A stretch of 64,000 nucleotides of DNA, taken from positions 62,868,001 to 62,932,000 of the forward strand of contig NC_042997.1 of NCBI RefSeq assembly GCF_006345805.1. Direction: 5' to 3'. Position 1 is the stretch's first letter. Every line of letters starts with the position of its first letter. The notes under the pieces are model-generated. The model had not been told where the DNA came from and did no database searches. It worked only from the letters and a program-made list of their open reading frames with translations. Below, one piece after another: positions 63,045 to 64,000 of this stretch. The translations under genes and the position numbers were made by a program. This DNA is from Octopus sinensis (lineage: Eukaryota).

Positions 63045-64000
63045 ATGAACAAAAATACTTGTTCAAAAATGTCAAAAAATGATGACGTAGTAGGTTTGCC
63101 TACACAAAAAAATGTGAAAATTGCTGAAGAAGCTAAAATTGCGGAAGATGTGACTTCCAATGAAGCTGTGAAAACAGCAAAAGGGAATGAAGGTTCGCCG
63201 GTTAAAAAAGCTGTGAAAACGGCTAAAGTCGCGGAAGGGTTGACTTCCAATGAAACTGTGAAAACAGCAAAAGCGAATGAAGGTTCGCCGATTAAAAAAG
63301 CTGTGAAAACGGCTAAAGTCGCGGAAGGGTTGACTTCCAACGAAGCTGAGAAATCAGCAAATGTGTGTGACGCTTCCAAACCAAGTGAAAAAACCAAGAT
63401 GTTTAACTTCGCTGCCGCTGCTGGTAGGAAGACAGAGGAAATAAAGATGGAGGAGGTGGAGTACGAAAAGTTTAAAAAAATGTTTAAAAAAGAGGGAAAT
63501 AACGCGATAGCTGCCCTCCCACAAACAATTAAAGAGGAAACCGAGAAAAGGACGATAATTTATAAATCCTATGTAATGAAAGAGAAGAAAATTGAAAGGA
63601 TAACCAAAGACCAAGCTGAGAAATGCCTTAAACCAGTGTGGAGTGATATGGACTACGTTACGTGGGGGAGAAAGTTTGCAACAATAGAGGTGCACTTCAG
63701 AAATGAAGAAACGGCCCAAAAACACTCCCTAACACCAATAAAGACGGAGGAAATAATATTATTACCCTCGTATTTAGGGAGGAGAACCTCAAAAATCAGA
63801 GTGGAGGACATGCCGCCACAGGTCGATGTGAGGTGGTTGCTTCCAGCACTGTTAATGGGGCTGGAAGAGAAAATAACAGTGATAAACATCAGAAGAGTGA
63901 TAAAGGAAAACTGGAGAGGACAAGCATTGCACGTGGTGGTGCAAGCGACCCCGGAGGCAATGGAGGAAGTTCCAGAAGGAATACAATTCGGGGAAGAAAT
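63045..64000 (+). CDS. ORF1 (gag-like, RRM-type nucleic-acid-binding protein) of an L1/Tx1-clade LINE, open to the window end
   Basis: ATG 63045, 318 uninterrupted codons: MNKNTCSKMSK..[NEGSPVKKAVKTAKVAEGLTSNETVKTAKA]x~2.5..FNFAAAAGRK..FATIEVHFRNEETAQKHSLTPIKTEEIILLPSYLGRRTSKIRVEDMPPQVDVRWLLPALL... The FAAAA motif and RRM-like segment are typical of LINE ORF1. No introns; purine-rich codon use. Confidence 0.8.
   Translation, partial: MNKNTCSKMSKNDDVVGLPTQKNVKIAEEAKIAEDVTSNEAVKTAKGNEGSPVKKAVKTAKVAEGLTSNETVKTAKANEGSPIKKAVKTAKVAEGLTSNEAEKSANVCDASKPSEKTKMFNFAAAAGRKTEEIKMEEVEYEKFKKMFKKEGNNAIAALPQTIKEETEKRTIIYKSYVMKEKKIERITKDQAEKCLKPVWSDMDYVTWGRKFATIEVHFRNEETAQKHSLTPIKTEEIILLPSYLGRRTSKIRVEDMPPQVDVRWLLPALLMGLEEKITVINIRRVIKENWRGQALHVVVQATPEAMEEVPEGIQFGEE

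Noticed and set aside
62799-63889. Minus-strand ORFs 62799-63038, 62918-63397, 63354-63725 and 63653-63889
   Set aside because: Antisense shadows of the plus-strand LINE ORF1 and its repeat.

Overview
Repeat-rich, AT-rich eukaryotic genomic DNA. The SINE families and the dense (TA)n/(TACA)n/(TCTA)n/(AG)n microsatellites point to an octopus (cephalopod) genome; this is an inference from recalled repeat families. No intact host gene is supported, and almost all ORFs in the supplied track are microsatellite or antisense artefacts. The only long clean ORF is missing from the track because it runs off the window: 63045-64000+, ORF1 of an L1/Tx1-type LINE. It has an N-terminal Lys/Ala-rich 30-aa tandem repeat carrying SPxKK motifs. 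By manual translation, ~11.5-16.1 kb is a heavily decayed, intron-containing ionotropic glutamate receptor (iGluR)-like pseudogene, with collinear ATD, S1, M1-M3 and S2 motifs. The rest is transposon remains: three tRNA-derived SINE families, maT/DD37D, Tc1, two mariners, Tigger, Chapaev3, possible hAT, Gypsy RT, RTE, Tx1 ORF2, three R4/Dong-type fragments ending in (TAA)n, two non-autonomous Helitrons and several MITEs/foldbacks. Other notable structures are hammerhead-ribozyme-like motifs in three dispersed repeat copies, an identical 284-bp duplication inserted into a SINE, a young MITE carrying telomeric repeats, and a ~180-bp segment inverted between two paralogous MITE copies. There is a 100-N assembly gap at 46090-46189. 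All family assignments come from by-eye motif recognition, not database searches.
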